Assembly: GCA_965227045.1 (NCBI GenBank)
Contig: OZ245718.1
Location: forward strand, 983,528 to 1,047,527
Length of the DNA stretch: 64,000 bases
Direction of reading: 5' to 3'
From: Actinomycetes bacterium
GTDB taxonomy: Bacteria; Actinomycetota; Actinomycetes; S36-B12
Shown here: positions 62,434 to 64,000 of the stretch, piece by piece
Layout: the number at the start of each line of letters is the position of its first letter
Numbering within the stretch: position 1 is the first letter of the stretch
Made by a program: the position numbers and the translations under genes
Notes under the pieces: generated by a model
What the model saw: only the letters and a program-made list of their open reading frames with translations
Told to the model about the DNA's origin: nothing
Databases searched by the model: none

Positions 62434-63816
62434 TCAGAAAGCCGGCAGACGCTCCGCGAGCCAGCCCGGAAGAGCATCCATGCCGATGCGCTCCTGGGCC
62501 ATCGAATCTCGCTCGCGGACGGTCACTGCTTGGTCGTCGAGCGAGTCGAAGTCGACAGTGACGCAGAACGGGGTGCCGATCTCGTCCTGCCGGCGATAGC
62601 GGCGGCCGATCGCGCCGGCATCGTCGAACTCGATATTCCAGCGCTTACGCAGGACTGCGGCGAGGTCCTTGGCCTTGGGAGTCAGGTTCTCGTTTCGCGA
62701 GAGCGGAAGGACGGCCACCTTGACGGGCGAGAGCCGCGGATCCAGGCGAAGCACAGTGCGAGTGTCGACACCGCCCTTGGAGTTCGGCGCCTCGTCCTCG
62801 TCGTAAGCATCGAGGAGGAAGGCCAGGACTGCGCGCGTGAGGCCCGCAGCCGGTTCGATGACGTACGGGATCCAGCGCTCGCCGGACTCCTGGTCGAAGT
62901 AGGACAGGTCGGTGCCCGACGCCTCGGTGTGCGACTTCAGGTCGAAGTCGGTGCGGTTCGCGATGCCCTCGAGCTCGGCCCACTCCGACCCGGCGAACCT
63001 GAACCGGTATTCGATGTCGACCGTGCGCTTGGAGTAGTGGCTTCGCTTCTCCGCAGGGTGCTCGAAGAAGCGCATGTTCTCCGGGTTCATGCCGAGGTCG
63101 ATGTACCAGTCCCAGCGCTGCTTCAGCCAGTACTCGTGCCACTCCTCGTCGGTGCCGGGCACGACGAAGAACTCCATCTCCATCTGCTCGAACTCACGCG
63201 TGCGGAAGATGAAGTTTCCGGGGGTGATCTCGTTTCGGAAGCTCTTGCCCGTCTGGCCGATGCCGAACGGCGGCTTCTTACGCGCAGCGGTCATGACATT
63301 CAGGTAGTTGACGAAGATGCCCTGCGCCGTCTCGGGTCGCAGGTAGTGAACGGCGGAGTCGTCCTCAACGGGGCCGACCGTGGTGCGCAGCATGCCGTTG
63401 AAGTCGCGGGGGGACGTGAAGTCACCGCGGGTACCGCAGTGCGAGCAGACGATGTCGGCGAGCCCGTTCTCTGGCTCCTTGCCGTTCTTCTCGACATACG
63501 CGTCGATCAACTGGTCGGCGCGCCAGCGCTTGTGGCAGTTGCGGCACTCGGTGAGGGGATCGGTGAACGTGGCGACGTGACCGGACGCCTCCCAGACCTG
63601 AGGCGCGAGGATGATCGACGAATCGAGTCCGACAACGTCCTCGCGACCGCGCACCATCGCCTGCCACCACTGGCGACGTACGTTCTCCTTGAGTTCCACG
63701 CCGATGGGGCCGTAGTCCCACGCGGACCGGCTGCCGCCGTAGATCTCCGACGAGGGGAAGACGAATCCCCGACGCTTGCTGAGGTTGACGACTGAATCGA
63801 CGCGGTCCGCTGCCAT
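62434..63816 (-). CDS. glyQS: Glycine--tRNA ligase (alpha2 class II type)
   Basis: 460 aa. [38 protein letters not shown] and IEPAAGLTR are present. Confidence 0.95.
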   Translation of the reverse strand: MAADRVDSVVNLSKRRGFVFPSSEIYGGSRSAWDYGPIGVELKENVRRQWWQAMVRGREDVVGLDSSIILAPQVWEASGHVATFTDPLTECRNCHKRWRADQLIDAYVEKNGKEPENGLADIVCSHCGTRGDFTSPRDFNGMLRTTVGPVEDDSAVHYLRPETAQGIFVNYLNVMTAARKKPPFGIGQTGKSFRNEITPGNFIFRTREFEQMEMEFFVVPGTDEEWHEYWLKQRWDWYIDLGMNPENMRFFEHPAEKRSHYSKRTVDIEYRFRFAGSEWAELEGIANRTDFDLKSHTEASGTDLSYFDQESGERWIPYVIEPAAGLTRAVLAFLLDAYDEDEAPNSKGGVDTRTVLRLDPRLSPVKVAVLPLSRNENLTPKAKDLAAVLRKRWNIEFDDAGAIGRRYRRQDEIGTPFCVTVDFDSLDDQAVTVRERDSMAQERIGMDALPGWLAERLPAF

Positions 63817-63828
63817 GATGCGCGCAGT

Positions 63829-64000
63829 CTACGAGATCGCGTTGTGGTCCCAGAGCAGGCGCATTGCCGTCGCCTCGTCAATGGTGTCGAAGGCGGCGTA
63901 GTGCCACGCGAGGTCGCGGCGGGCCATCGGTCTGGCGACCGCGACGATCAGGTCGTACCGATGCTTCAAATCGGCCGTTGCCTCCATGGGGCACACGGGC
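63829..64000 (-). CDS. 3' end of an unidentified gene running off the window
   Basis: My hand translation of the minus strand gives ...VCPMEATADLKHRYDLIVAVARPMARRDLAWHYAAFDTIDEATAMRLLWDHNAIS followed by a stop at 63829-63831, 12 nt before the glyQS start. I recognise no family. Confidence 0.35.
   Translation of the reverse strand, partial: PVCPMEATADLKHRYDLIVAVARPMARRDLAWHYAAFDTIDEATAMRLLWDHNAIS

Overview
This is a high-GC Actinomycetota chromosomal segment, densely coded on both strands. I call about 66 CDS (two cut by the window edges) and 3 tRNAs. I saw no rRNA, CRISPR array, integrase or transposase.

The backbone is conserved actinobacterial core.
- (i) ahpE, DUF3052, aceE, a MabR/FasR-type regulator, then fabD-fabH-acpP-fabF-accD6. 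This matches M. tuberculosis Rv2238c-Rv2247 and the Streptomyces fab operon in order.
- (ii) Molybdopterin oxidoreductase, fasciclin lipoprotein, sigK, rskA.
- (iii) dnaG, dgt and glyQS.

Accessory-looking modules sit between these blocks.
- An erythrin-VIT1 iron exporter.
- A PLP decarboxylase, TetR regulator and S51 peptidase.
- An unknown Cys/His-rich protein with a small membrane protein and a chagasin-type inhibitor.
- A purine-oxidation neighbourhood: xanthine-dehydrogenase-family enzyme, 8-oxoguanine deaminase and two EamA transporters.
- A 6-kb segment bounded by two tRNAs that holds an orphan class I HMG-CoA reductase and an S53 peptidase-cupin-thioesterase operon.
- A NOX-like ferric reductase, FMN-binding protein and ApbE flavinylation module, translationally coupled to dgt.
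- A complete alternative A-type heme-copper oxidase cluster with its own assembly genes.
- A VKOR/TlpA/DUF218 thiol-redox group.
- Two tandem MFS exporters, a GGDEF cyclase, and a DUF222-HNH (REP13E12-like) gene.

The observations I consider most worth follow-up are:
- a FabD protein carrying a C-terminal biotinyl-carrier-like domain in which the biotinyl lysine is replaced by arginine;
- a perfect AT-rich 33-bp palindrome at the fab promoter;
- two copies of an ~88-90-bp long-stem palindromic intergenic element;
- paired CAATCC-N15-CCGAAT (SigK-type) promoter motifs placed for leaderless or near-leaderless transcripts;
- an oxidase subunit I with a ~95-residue, two-helix N-terminal extension.

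I did not find a clear-cut novel defence or mobile system. All family assignments come from reading the translated ORFs by eye, not from database searches.
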